This document shows positions 17,501 through 25,602 of a stretch of 61,150 nucleotides of DNA, piece after piece. The stretch comes from a virus. The stretch is taken from the IMG/VR virus record IMGVR_UViG_3300025572_000003; one strand, written 5' to 3'. A model generated the notes under the pieces. It was given only the letters and a program-made list of their open reading frames with translations. It was not told where the DNA came from and did not search any database. How positions within the stretch are numbered: the stretch's first letter is position 1; each line of letters opens with the position of its first letter. Position numbers and translations under genes: made by a program.

Positions 17501-18187
17501 CTTGTTCCAGATCGGCGTGTCGTCGATGCGGATCTCCTCCACGTCGTACCGCCCGCAGCCAAGCGCCAGCAGCTCATAAAGATACTGGTTGTCGCCCGCG
17601 AATTCGCTGTACGGCGGCGCGGCGAAGTCGGGATAGACCAGACGGCGGCCATACCCGACAGGGATCGGCTGCAGCGGGCGCGCAGTATTGCCGTCAGCAG
17701 AGATGGAAAACAGGTCCTCGCTCTTCTCGCTCTGCCCGCCAGCCTTCGGGCGCATGAAGGCAGAGAGCAGCAACCCACCACCAGCGAGAATGAGCGCGCC
17801 GATGATGCTTGCGGCCGCTGATTTGGCACCACCGAGGCCGAGAGCGCCAGCAATGACGCCGCCAGCCCACGGCGCAAGGGCCGTCAGGGCGACCATGGCG
17901 ACCACCGCAGCGATGGACTTACGCGACGAGGCACCCGTGGCGCCTCCACCACCGAGAGGGCGGGACAGGAAAACCACCTCATCCCGCTTGCGCAGCTTAC
18001 GATGCGGCCACTCCCGAACCGGCACGGGCTGACCGTTGATGAGGCAAATGGTCGGCAGACCGGCAAAGGTCCAGCCCTGCCGGCGCACAAAGCTCGCAAT
18101 TGTCTCCCGATGACGGCGCTCGGCGGCATCGACCACAAGCAGCGGTGTACCGGCGGGGTCAGCGAGTTGGTGCAGGACAAGCGGCAT
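14510..18187 (-). CDS. host-specificity protein: lambda gpJ-like central tail fibre with gpI-like N-terminal domain fused
   Basis: The N-terminal ~150 aa resemble gpI, including a Gly-rich hydrophobic stretch (GGGGATGASS..IAAVVAMVAL..). This is followed by a gpJ-type N-terminus NTARPLQPIPVGYGRRLVYPD. 1225 aa. C-terminal coiled repeats. Confidence 0.7.
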   Translation of the reverse strand: MPLVLHQLADPAGTPLLVVDAAERRHRETIASFVRRQGWTFAGLPTICLINGQPVPVREWPHRKLRKRDEVVFLSRPLGGGGATGASSRKSIAAVVAMVALTALAPWAGGVIAGALGLGGAKSAAASIIGALILAGGGLLLSAFMRPKAGGQSEKSEDLFSISADGNTARPLQPIPVGYGRRLVYPDFAAPPYSEFAGDNQYLYELLALGCGRYDVEEIRIDDTPIWNKTDGVLPSFAGSVAVEINEPGEQVDLFPVNVVTASEVGGQRLPDPSTWIGGFIVNAAGTQAKTILLDFVWPGGSYTTYKDRVLWAHTGIEVQARYVTDAGEPVGGWFTILSKGYQFTKQSQIRVTERVNVSPGRFEVRARRTDAEIDGQSLYGGKVRGANQVVWSALRAHIDGPQTFPHVTTIALRMQADATLSGLSSRKIGVIATRMVAAWNGSTWVEQPTRNPVWAALDIWSNPIYSAGLPLANVDLQTFASYAALYDSLGHTFDHVFTEPTSIQEAIETALRVGRANPAFIGDRLTMVRDEPRGLPTMLITDREMVRGSLSIVRNLQDEEWADGVVVEYLDETTWRLADVSSAPAGQMLSMPARVQVPGLTKRAQAVGVARHLAAVSRYRRRTVSCRVEMEGRLLKRGDLVAISSDLPQTWGQSGYVEAYNAATRQVKLSRPVEWQPTGNHYLEVRRRNGSPFGPVRVLRGGADDIAIFEALDLAAVEADQGITAAVAIARQPTEEACSFVFSAGEPRTYHGLVTRGTSSPDGRYMDIETVIDAPEVYDITEDGVPPPAPVPPFLEPSVPVITQIAAMMAQQGTNAMLRAGWMPPNGAALYVAQVSYDGGESWDEVYRGSTPSLQVIVAPVDLKLRVRPITVSNLEGPWSVVDVEGIDVELRGDFLTIRLDEDDLKSELRDFILQAPQLQEIADLAAEGHVIADAAEGAARAAIRQIATVQATADYAKAVLGSQITAEYDLTDRTVSDNLTQIRGTVSAQATQIASVEADAEKALATLGSEIVAKYEANGVTVSDDLDEMSDDIAGLENGLNNVTATVTAQASQISNVEAAANKALAVLGSEIVADYDNNNVTVSATLGALSDWKGSIVGSYKVSIDANGYLAGFESITGTGSTGNLVNEFRVRTDKFLIGPPSTDPSVPAEYFFSILTRGGQAKVSIKGDLIADGTIAAPALAVSQLSAISGNVGDLTAGVVRSSNNRLRIELDNARIVISDS

Positions 18188-18195
18188 CTCGTATC

Positions 18196-18612
18196 CTATG
18201 CAGTGCGGCGGAAATACCGGACGTTGTGAAAGCCCTTGGCGAGCAGCGTCGGCCAGTCGTCTGCGACAACACCGGTCGGCGCATCAGTATGCAGCACGAG
18301 CCTGCGGGCGCCGTCAGCAACAAAGACCCCGAGGTGAAAGTCCCGGCCGTCCACGTTGCCCATCAGCACGAGGTCGCCATCCTGTGGCGGCGCAACGCGC
18401 TCCCACATGACGCGCTCTGGATGGCCAAGAATGGCTCGGGCCGTAGCTCGGGGCTCGGCGGCTTCCCGCGTGATCGTAGGCAGCTCGACGCCGTAGATTT
18501 CGCCCAGCACATAACGGGCGAGCCCATAGCAGTCGAACGCATCGGGACCGTCCGCCCCTACCACGTAGGGCCGGCCAATCAGCTCCCGGAGGCGTGCAAT
18601 CCTGTTGCTCAT
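18196..18612 (-). CDS. NlpC/P60-family tail protein (lambda gpK-like)
   Basis: Catalytic Cys context FDCYGLARYV and downstream His (FHLGVFV). Position between the gpL-like and gpJ-like genes. Confidence 0.65.
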   Translation of the reverse strand: MSNRIARLRELIGRPYVVGADGPDAFDCYGLARYVLGEIYGVELPTITREAAEPRATARAILGHPERVMWERVAPPQDGDLVLMGNVDGRDFHLGVFVADGARRLVLHTDAPTGVVADDWPTLLAKGFHNVRYFRRTA

Positions 18613-19136
18613 GATGTCGCCAGCAAGCTCGGGTATTCCTGCGCCGAGTAAACCTTACGCAGGAAGCGGAGGTTCTGCGGGTTGGCGAGGGTCACATGCC
18701 CCTCGATACGCGAGCCTGTCTCCGTGATCTCGCGCATCACCATCCTGAACGGCCCATACGCCACGGTGGTCGGGTCACTCGCGAGGTAGACGCGGAAGAT
18801 GACGGTGAGCGTGGCATTCATCGTCTCCGCCTGGTCAAGATAGCGCGACACCTCGCGGCCGATATTATCAACCCGCAGCACCGCCTCGACCGGGCGCCCC
18901 TCCTCAAAGCCAGGCCATTCAATCTCGAACGGCACGGCCTTGAAGACCACATCCTGCCCGCCATTGAGCGGCGCGCCGGGCTCCAACCGCAAGGTCTTGT
19001 CCTCGAGCTGGTTGACGACGCGCACAGACTGGGCACCGAAAGCCGGGTGCAGCAGCTCGACCGTCACGAGCTGCACATCCGTCTTGGGGTTGGACGCGAT
19101 GTTGATGGCAAATTCGTCAGTCCACGGATCAGCCAT
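18609..19136 (-). CDS. minor tail protein (DUF1833-like, gpL position)
   Basis: Gene order plus my recollection of the DUF1833 pattern (VELLHPAF...VPFEI..P). Confidence 0.45.
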   Translation of the reverse strand: MADPWTDEFAINIASNPKTDVQLVTVELLHPAFGAQSVRVVNQLEDKTLRLEPGAPLNGGQDVVFKAVPFEIEWPGFEEGRPVEAVLRVDNIGREVSRYLDQAETMNATLTVIFRVYLASDPTTVAYGPFRMVMREITETGSRIEGHVTLANPQNLRFLRKVYSAQEYPSLLATS

Positions 19137-19504
19137 TACAAGTCCCTCACATCCAGCACGTAGGAAACGCGATAACCAAGACCAGATGGTTGTACAGTGT
19201 ATGTACCTCCTCTAATCCTGCACGTTTTCTCTACGTAGTCAGTACCATCCCATACCAGCTTGGTGAACTCGCTCGATCCATAGTTGAGATCATCTTGTAC
19301 AAATGCCTTGAACGTAGCGTATTCCTCTCGGCTAAACTGGAATACTTCTGGCATTTGCGCAATAATGTCAGAGTATACAGGTCTCGAACGAATATTACCT
19401 CCTTGCATTTCAGACTCAAGCGGCGGTCTGAATGGCTCATTTATGCTCCACCCATCCCGCAATGGCTTGTATCGTAGCCCTGCAGGCCATGTAGGCAGTG
19501 CCAT
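19136..19504 (-). CDS. minor tail protein (gpM position)
   Basis: 122 aa directly after the tape measure gene. Low-GC, unlike the downstream genes. Confidence 0.45.
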   Translation of the reverse strand: MALPTWPAGLRYKPLRDGWSINEPFRPPLESEMQGGNIRSRPVYSDIIAQMPEVFQFSREEYATFKAFVQDDLNYGSSEFTKLVWDGTDYVEKTCRIRGGTYTVQPSGLGYRVSYVLDVRDL

Positions 19505-19506
19505 TG

Positions 19507-22500
19507 CTACCTCCCCGGAAATGGCGTGACGCCCATTGTACGAAGTGATTGTCTCATTGGGCCGCCTTTACGCATATCGTTCAACCAGGTGTTGACCACT
19601 ATCGCTTGGATATCAATCCCGTTAAGACCTTCAGTAGCTTGTATCTCAGTAGCAGTTCCCGGAGCTTCCTGTATGACGATGTTTACACTGCCGCCTGAAC
19701 CGCCAGCAACTCCGCCACGAGGAATGATCGTCTCACCCTTTTGTAGAATTGCCGGAACTTCATCAGGAGATAGGCCTGCAATACCCCCACTGTGATACCT
19801 GGGTGCTCCGATAAAAGCCGAAGCAGAAACCGATCTCTTAGCTCCCGATCCTCCGGCAACACCGCCACTATGGTAAATGCCTGCAAATAGGTTACCAAAG
19901 AAACCACCGGCTAATGTAGGGAATGGAGATCCAGTTGCAGGGTTACCGCCAAACAAGGCATTCTTCAGTGGATTCAAGATCGCCAGCTGCATAAAGCCCT
20001 TGATCAGATCAGCAATAACCTGCTTGCCAATATTCGACAGTTCCTGGAATGCATCCTTACCTTCCAGAATAGAATCCACAAAACTATTCATGGCATCATC
20101 AAGGCCACGGCCAACTACACCAGCAAATGTTTCCATCCAAGAAACCGAATGCTGCATATTATATTGGCCTTCCTTAACTCTGCGCAGGGCTTCAGCATAC
20201 TGTTCAGTAAGTGTGGTGACTTCACTCATTGGGACCTTGGCTTTGGTTAGCCGGTCACGGAAATCTTCCACAGACTTATTGATCTCAAGCTGGATCTGTG
20301 CAAACTGTTGCTGCCACTTGGGCATCTGCAAGATCTCGTAAGCCTGGTTGAGCTCACGAATAGTATCCTTGGCGTTTTTGATTGCGAGGGCAGTACGGTT
20401 AGAGCCGTCACCACTGCCACCACTAAGCATACCGGATGCAACAGCTTTCCTGCGAGCCTCTTCCTCTTTGGTTTGCCTGTTAAGGATCTCGTTAAGTTCC
20501 TTGATGTTGCCTTCGACTGTCTCGGCAGTAACACCTAGATTCTTGAGTTCGGTTTGGTACTGTGAGATGCGCTGGGAGGCAGCTTTCATTGCCTGCTCCT
20601 GGCCAATCATCACACCCATGAACCGCGGAATACCTGGAGCCGCATCAGAGAAGAAGTTCTCCTCTTCCTGTGCAATCAGTTTAGTCAGTTCAGTCATGCG
20701 GCTGCGCGTAGATGCCAGCATGACTTCTTGCTGCTTAATGTACTCCTGGGTGGTTGCTCTAATTGTTGAACCCATCTCCTTTTGGGCTTTGATGTACGCT
20801 TCTACACCAGCCAAAGCGCCGAAATGAGCCTGGTTTGTGCCGCTAATGGCAGCTTCCATCAGTTTAAAACCGCCCACAGCACCAGCCGCAGCCAATCCAA
20901 CGCGGGCCAATAGTGTAGCAATCGCACCCAGAGGATTAGACATTGCTGCAGCATTGAATGCAAGCATCGCCGCAGTCAACGACCTGATGATCGTAATAAG
21001 CGATGTAAACCCAGAAATAATTGCAGGAGCATAGATTGCAGTCAGTGCACCGACGATAGCACCAGAAACGGCGCCAATACCGGTAACCACGCTATCCATG
21101 TTCTTGCCAAGATAGTCAAAGGCACTCGTAATCCCATTGAGTGCATTGACGTACGCAGACGAGAACCCGATTGTATCGTCGGCAGCCTTATTAAACCGCA
21201 GCCAAGCATTGTTCAGGCGGTTTTCAGCGGCAATCACGGTGTTAATTGACTTTGTAACGTCAATACCAAGCCGCTTAACTACCGTATCCGAGAACTTGAC
21301 AAGAACATCAGAGGTCAATTGCCCCTGCTTCATCATCTTGTTCAGCTCTTGAGTCGTAACCCCCAGTGCTTGAGCCATAATCTGCACAGCACCCGGAAGT
21401 CGATCACCGAGCTGTCCACGAAGTTCTTCTGCTTGAACTTGGCCCTTTGAAATGATCTGTTCAATGGCACGCAGAGATCCTGCAAGCTCATCATTCGAGG
21501 AACCGAGTTTCTGGGCTGCAAACAGCATGTTCTCGAAAATAATCCGAGTCTGTTCGCCTTCCAGGTTAGTACCCTTAGCAGCGGCAGTCAGTCGAACAAA
21601 CTGCTGAGCAGTTGTTGCAAAGGCAGAACCTGCACGATCTGAAACTTCCATGACATATGCAAGCTCGTTCTGAGTCAGAGCTGCACTGCCCGTAAGGCTC
21701 TGCATTGCCTGTGTGACACGTTCAATCTGCTTGGCTGCGTCAATCGCTCCCTGACTGACCTTCAGGAACGTATAAGCACCTGCGGATAGTCCAGTGACCA
21801 TCGCAGCAGTGGTAAAATTAACGCGTTCAGACAGTGATGAGATCAGCGTAAGACGCGTAGCAATACCTGACAGAGGCCCATGCAAGAGTACTGCCATGTC
21901 AGAAGCACGGCGGAGAGCACCTTCAAGGCCAGACCAATGCGTCTTCTGTTGGAATTCCTTCAGAAGGTCTTTATTTCTCTGCATTCCCTGTTGAAACTGC
22001 TGCATAGCCCGCTGGAATTCAACAGGATTCAGGACCCCAGACGCCAATTGACTACGCAGATTTTGCAGGTTAGAAGTCGCGCCAGCAGCGAGACTGGCAG
22101 GAGCCTTGATACGTGCAACAGCCGCATTGAAACGGTCAACCTGTTGCTGAGCTGAAAACAATGCCCTTTCCAGCTTTAGAGTATACTGCTCCTGCTCTTT
22201 TGCGGCCTTAGCTGCCTCACGCTGTGCAGCCGCCGCCTGCCGCTGCTTAGCATTGAACTCATTGAGCTGCCGATTGACCCTTCCAGTTGATGCCTGAAAG
22301 TCTTCCATCGACCGTTGAAACTGGAGTGCAGAAACCTGACCCTTACCTAACTCGCGTACAAGGCGGTTAAAGGTCATGGTTGTTGACTGAATCAGGCGAT
22401 CATTGGCGCCACTATTGCGAATCGCCTGATTCAGCTTCAGTGTAGTCTGAAGAGCAGACAGGATTGCGGCTTCTTGTCGCCGCAAAGCTGCCTCAGCCTT

Positions 22501-22635
22501 TCGAGCTCCTTCAGACTGATCCTGGGCAGCACGGTTGACTGCCTGCCCAAACTGCAACACAGCACGGCGAGCAGCATCAAGTCGACGCGTGTCTGGACCC
22601 AACCCGAAGTTAATATCCCCGAGATTGATGGCCAC
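19507..22635 (-). CDS. tape measure protein
   Basis: 1042 aa, long alpha-helical Q/A-rich N-terminal part, central hydrophobic Gly/Ala segment, position after the G/GT chaperone. GTG start at 22635. Confidence 0.85.
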   Translation of the reverse strand: MAINLGDINFGLGPDTRRLDAARRAVLQFGQAVNRAAQDQSEGARKAEAALRRQEAAILSALQTTLKLNQAIRNSGANDRLIQSTTMTFNRLVRELGKGQVSALQFQRSMEDFQASTGRVNRQLNEFNAKQRQAAAAQREAAKAAKEQEQYTLKLERALFSAQQQVDRFNAAVARIKAPASLAAGATSNLQNLRSQLASGVLNPVEFQRAMQQFQQGMQRNKDLLKEFQQKTHWSGLEGALRRASDMAVLLHGPLSGIATRLTLISSLSERVNFTTAAMVTGLSAGAYTFLKVSQGAIDAAKQIERVTQAMQSLTGSAALTQNELAYVMEVSDRAGSAFATTAQQFVRLTAAAKGTNLEGEQTRIIFENMLFAAQKLGSSNDELAGSLRAIEQIISKGQVQAEELRGQLGDRLPGAVQIMAQALGVTTQELNKMMKQGQLTSDVLVKFSDTVVKRLGIDVTKSINTVIAAENRLNNAWLRFNKAADDTIGFSSAYVNALNGITSAFDYLGKNMDSVVTGIGAVSGAIVGALTAIYAPAIISGFTSLITIIRSLTAAMLAFNAAAMSNPLGAIATLLARVGLAAAGAVGGFKLMEAAISGTNQAHFGALAGVEAYIKAQKEMGSTIRATTQEYIKQQEVMLASTRSRMTELTKLIAQEEENFFSDAAPGIPRFMGVMIGQEQAMKAASQRISQYQTELKNLGVTAETVEGNIKELNEILNRQTKEEEARRKAVASGMLSGGSGDGSNRTALAIKNAKDTIRELNQAYEILQMPKWQQQFAQIQLEINKSVEDFRDRLTKAKVPMSEVTTLTEQYAEALRRVKEGQYNMQHSVSWMETFAGVVGRGLDDAMNSFVDSILEGKDAFQELSNIGKQVIADLIKGFMQLAILNPLKNALFGGNPATGSPFPTLAGGFFGNLFAGIYHSGGVAGGSGAKRSVSASAFIGAPRYHSGGIAGLSPDEVPAILQKGETIIPRGGVAGGSGGSVNIVIQEAPGTATEIQATEGLNGIDIQAIVVNTWLNDMRKGGPMRQSLRTMGVTPFPGR

Positions 22636-23215
22636 TATCGCCTCCTCTTGCTCCTACCGCCGGAATTCTGTGTGGTAATATTTGACCGCCGTTTTTCCGC
22701 TTGCGCCTGAATTTCCAAGAATGCACCCCAACGAGCAAATTCGTCTGGTGACATTGCTAGGATTTCGCCTTCAGTCTTGCCAAGTGCATACGCAAGCTTA
22801 AGAACTGCATATGCTATTTTGTCTCGTTGGAGTTCTTGGCGGTATCGAGAAAATTTACCTCCGAAAGCTCCGTAAGCGCATTGCTCACCCGAATAAAGTC
22901 AGCACCGAACGGCATAGCGCGGAAAGAGGCTGCATCTGCTTCTTCAAACGGCCTAATCTGCGTACCAGGAATATACGCATACCGGATAAGGGTGTTGATC
23001 ACAGCAGCCTGTCGATCTTCGGCCTGCTGTGCATCAATCACGTCGCCAAGCGTCGGCTGCCTGAGCTCAATCTCCTGACCAAAGAACTCGACAATCTTGG
23101 TCTTCACCTTCTTGGCGGAAAAGATCTTTGCCCTAAAGGCATCACGATCGATCGGTTCAGACATTTTTGCCTCCATTGATTTGGAACTACCTACAATTAC
23201 TTTAAAGTTCGGCAT
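22635..23215 (-). CDS. tail assembly chaperone GT-like fusion made by programmed -1 frameshift
   Basis: After the slip at A_AAT_TTT the -1 frame stays open for 71 codons. It ends at TAG 22637-22635, overlapping the tape-measure GTG. Confidence 0.65.
22814..23215 (-). CDS. tail assembly chaperone (gpG-like)
   Basis: 133 aa between the major tail and tape measure genes. Contains the slippery site near its 3' end. Confidence 0.7.
   Translation of the reverse strand: MPNFKVIVGSSKSMEAKMSEPIDRDAFRAKIFSAKKVKTKIVEFFGQEIELRQPTLGDVIDAQQAEDRQAAVINTLIRYAYIPGTQIRPFEEADAASFRAMPFGADFIRVSNALTELSEVNFLDTAKNSNETK
22850..22856 (-). promoter_or_regulatory. -1 ribosomal frameshift slippery heptamer A_AAT_TTT
   Basis: In zero frame GTA AAT TTT CTC. 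X_XXY_YYZ pattern located 11 codons before the G stop. Confidence 0.6.
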
Positions 23216-23227
23216 CCCTGGCGGAGG
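23198..23227 (+). repeat. TTTAAA-N-TGGCGGAGG motif, copy 3
   Basis: tactttaaagttcggcatccctggcggagg. Overlaps the start codon region of chaperone gene G on the minus strand. Confidence 0.55.
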
Positions 23228-23268
23228 AGAGACACATCAAAGTTCGTCGCCACTCTGATGCGTCCTCC
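23223..23268 (-). promoter_or_regulatory. long stem-loop between the major tail protein and chaperone genes
   Basis: Minus-strand GGAGGA-CGCATCAGAG...CTTTGATGTG-(tctc)-TCCTCC, ending 7 nt before the G start codon. Confidence 0.5.
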
Positions 23269-23277
23269 TTTTGCCGT

Positions 23278-24318
23278 TTATGGATATGCCGACAGCGCAC
23301 CACTGCCCTGGAAATTGACAGTGAATTCATTCATCACCTCAAGACCGCCTGTAAGGGTCAGGTCGGTGATCACAGCTTCACCCTGCTGACCAGTATCACC
23401 ATCAGGCAGGTACGCTACCTGAATGTACTCATTCTCTTCCCATGCCTTCAGGCACTTCTGTACCGAAACGTTCAGTGCAGCGTCAGGAGCAATAAACCAG
23501 TGGAACGGATACGGAACTTTATCGTCATCCGGGACCGAGAGGTTGAACGTGATCGTCTCCTGCTCCAAGTCGCCAACATCACCAGACTGTCCAGTAGACA
23601 TTGCTTTGAAGAAACCTCGAGCAATGACCTTATCCTGTCCGTCGGGATTGATTTCGATAATCAGTTCGGCACGATTCTGAAGGAGCTGCAGGAAGTTGTT
23701 GGCAGACTTGTAGATGCCCTGGAGCTCGAGAGACACCGTCTTAAGACCGTACTCAAAGGTACGATATCCATTGTTCGTCTGTGCGGTATCCATGCAGGTA
23801 TTGTCGATCGCATTGGCAGTCTGCGTCAAGGTAAACGCATTGGAGCAGCCAACAGCCTGCAGCGGGAAATATGCTCCCGAAGCAATTGTGACAGGGCCAG
23901 TAACGACATAACCACTTGCAAACGTAACCTGACCAAAGAGGTAGTCAACCGCTTCAATGTCTTCTGCGTCGACTTCAACCCCGTTGTCCTCGATGATCAG
24001 TGGCACTGCTCGGTTCAGCACCCGCTTAGTAGCATCAGTCACCTGATAGACCTGCCCAGACACTTGCGACATGGGCTCATTAGTCAGAGCAGTCGAAGTG
24101 CCTGCACGCATGATCGTGGCAACGTAACCTGCAAAGCCTTTATACAGGCCGTTGGCAGAAATCGTCCAGCCAATCAGACCTGTCTGCGTCGAGGAATAGT
24201 TCTGGCCAAAGATGGTATCTTCGATGTCACCTGCTTCAAAGGACAGTTCGGCGGTGTTACCTGGTAGAGTATGCCAAGTAGAACCGTTGTCATCCGAAAC
24301 CCTTACGCGCTTAGCCAT
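23278..24318 (-). CDS. major tail (tube) protein, possibly with duplicated tube-like segments
   Basis: Position upstream of G/GT. Two segments with similar patterns (GSTWHTLPGNTAELSFEAGDIEDT.. and TLTQTANAIDNTCMDTA..YGLKTVSLELQG). Confidence 0.6.
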   Translation of the reverse strand: MAKRVRVSDDNGSTWHTLPGNTAELSFEAGDIEDTIFGQNYSSTQTGLIGWTISANGLYKGFAGYVATIMRAGTSTALTNEPMSQVSGQVYQVTDATKRVLNRAVPLIIEDNGVEVDAEDIEAVDYLFGQVTFASGYVVTGPVTIASGAYFPLQAVGCSNAFTLTQTANAIDNTCMDTAQTNNGYRTFEYGLKTVSLELQGIYKSANNFLQLLQNRAELIIEINPDGQDKVIARGFFKAMSTGQSGDVGDLEQETITFNLSVPDDDKVPYPFHWFIAPDAALNVSVQKCLKAWEENEYIQVAYLPDGDTGQQGEAVITDLTLTGGLEVMNEFTVNFQGSGALSAYP

Positions 24319-24329
24319 TGTATGTCTCC

Positions 24330-24806
24330 TTATGGCCCTGGATCGTCAAGTGCCTGCCTATTAGTCAGCGCATTTGGCGGACGTTCTTGCAGGATTCGGA
24401 AGTTGATCGAAAAGAGTGGCCGATTCTTGTCGTCGTTCTTGACGAAGGCAATATCGGCGAGCATTGTGACACCACTCCACCAAACCTGATCAGCGCCATC
24501 CCCAATTGCCTGTGGATCTAGGCCAAGAAGGGCATCCTTAACAGCTTGTGCCTTAGCATATGCTGTAGGATACCCGTGTACGCTACCTCGAATAATTGCC
24601 TGTACTGTAACAAAGTCCAGCAACCATTTGGTGTTCGGGTTGAACCCTCCTGAGTCGTACAGTGCAATTATTTCATCTGGTTGATCGGGCATCCAACCGA
24701 TACGGATTAGCCACTCACTACCAGTCGGTGTTCCAGTTGTGCCTACACCTCTCTGGGTGAGCAACCAACCTACGCCTTGTGCGGGACTAGCCAACGGAGC
24801 CCCCAT
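24330..24806 (-). CDS. tail terminator / tail completion protein candidate
   Basis: Gene order. Pattern IGWMPDQPDEIIALYDSGG..VQAIIRG is typical of this position in siphoviruses. Confidence 0.45.
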   Translation of the reverse strand: MGAPLASPAQGVGWLLTQRGVGTTGTPTGSEWLIRIGWMPDQPDEIIALYDSGGFNPNTKWLLDFVTVQAIIRGSVHGYPTAYAKAQAVKDALLGLDPQAIGDGADQVWWSGVTMLADIAFVKNDDKNRPLFSINFRILQERPPNALTNRQALDDPGP

Positions 24807-25254
24807 TCATGAATTGTCTGTACAACTGACCCAACCGGACATAGATCGAGGAGAGATCCTCTTTCATTGCCTGCTCGAGGAATTTGTAACGCGTCGGAGC
24901 AGCGTGGTTGTATGGGATCTCGTGAACATAAACTGCATAGTTCGGTTTACCCCCACGAGCAAAACCCATTTCAACACGCGGCTTACCCCTGAACGTTGCC
25001 TTCTCCAGATAAGCAGAGCCTTTGAGATCTCCGGTGTCAACGGGCGTATACATTAGAGCCTTGTCAAAGGTAGGCTCCAGCGCCTCAAGCATGATGTCTT
25101 CTGATACTTCCTCGAATTGATCGAAAATGTCCAGAAGAGCATCTGTCAAGGCTTTTGACTGTCTCCGCATCTGCGCAACATACCCAGGATGTGAAGGCCA
25201 TAATCCTTGAGACGGAGTACGTTGCAGTCCAACGTTAACATGCAGACGACGCAT
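24787..25254 (-). CDS. HK97 gp10-like head-tail connector / tail component
   Basis: PVDTGDLKGS motif. Gene order. Confidence 0.5.
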   Translation of the reverse strand: MRRLHVNVGLQRTPSQGLWPSHPGYVAQMRRQSKALTDALLDIFDQFEEVSEDIMLEALEPTFDKALMYTPVDTGDLKGSAYLEKATFRGKPRVEMGFARGGKPNYAVYVHEIPYNHAAPTRYKFLEQAMKEDLSSIYVRLGQLYRQFMNGGSVG

Positions 25255-25266
25255 AGCACATCTACC

Positions 25267-25602
25267 TCACAGGATTGCTACGTACAACGTCTTCAAGTTC
25301 CTCAGATCCGGTAGAGTCACTACTTGCCGAATCTCCCATGCACCTTGAAGAGTAGTCGGATCCGCTTCGGTAGATTCCCCAAGAAACAGGTAACCATTCA
25401 GGTCAATGACATCCTTGAAGAAGACTCTACTACGGCTTGTACGTTCTTCTCCTGTCTTATCCCTGAAAAGTTCTGCCCGATCTTCCCATCTACATGCCAA
25501 CACTTGAGGAGCAGTAAATAGGGGCTTTCCAAAAGCATCTGTACCGTCAGGTGCCCAGTACGTCGCTGTTTGCCGTAGGTTCCGCTCGAAGTTTGGCATC
25601 AT
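25267..25602 (-). CDS. head closure / head-tail adaptor protein
   Basis: ATGA overlap with the upstream stop at 25599-25602. Pattern ..YWAP..TDAFGKP.F.AP....CRWEDR. Confidence 0.5.
   Translation of the reverse strand: MMPNFERNLRQTATYWAPDGTDAFGKPLFTAPQVLACRWEDRAELFRDKTGEERTSRSRVFFKDVIDLNGYLFLGESTEADPTTLQGAWEIRQVVTLPDLRNLKTLYVAIL

Larger units (their letters stand above)
10600..19136. other. high-GC compositional island covering the distal tail / host-recognition module
   Basis: Hand counts of sampled 60-nt lines give 58-72 % GC inside and 45-50 % in flanking structural genes. Right edge coincides with the TAATG stop/start overlap at 19134-19138. Confidence 0.8.

Noticed and set aside
23500-24267. 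255-aa plus-strand ORF
   Set aside because: It is antisense to the major tail protein gene and has no RBS or motif support.
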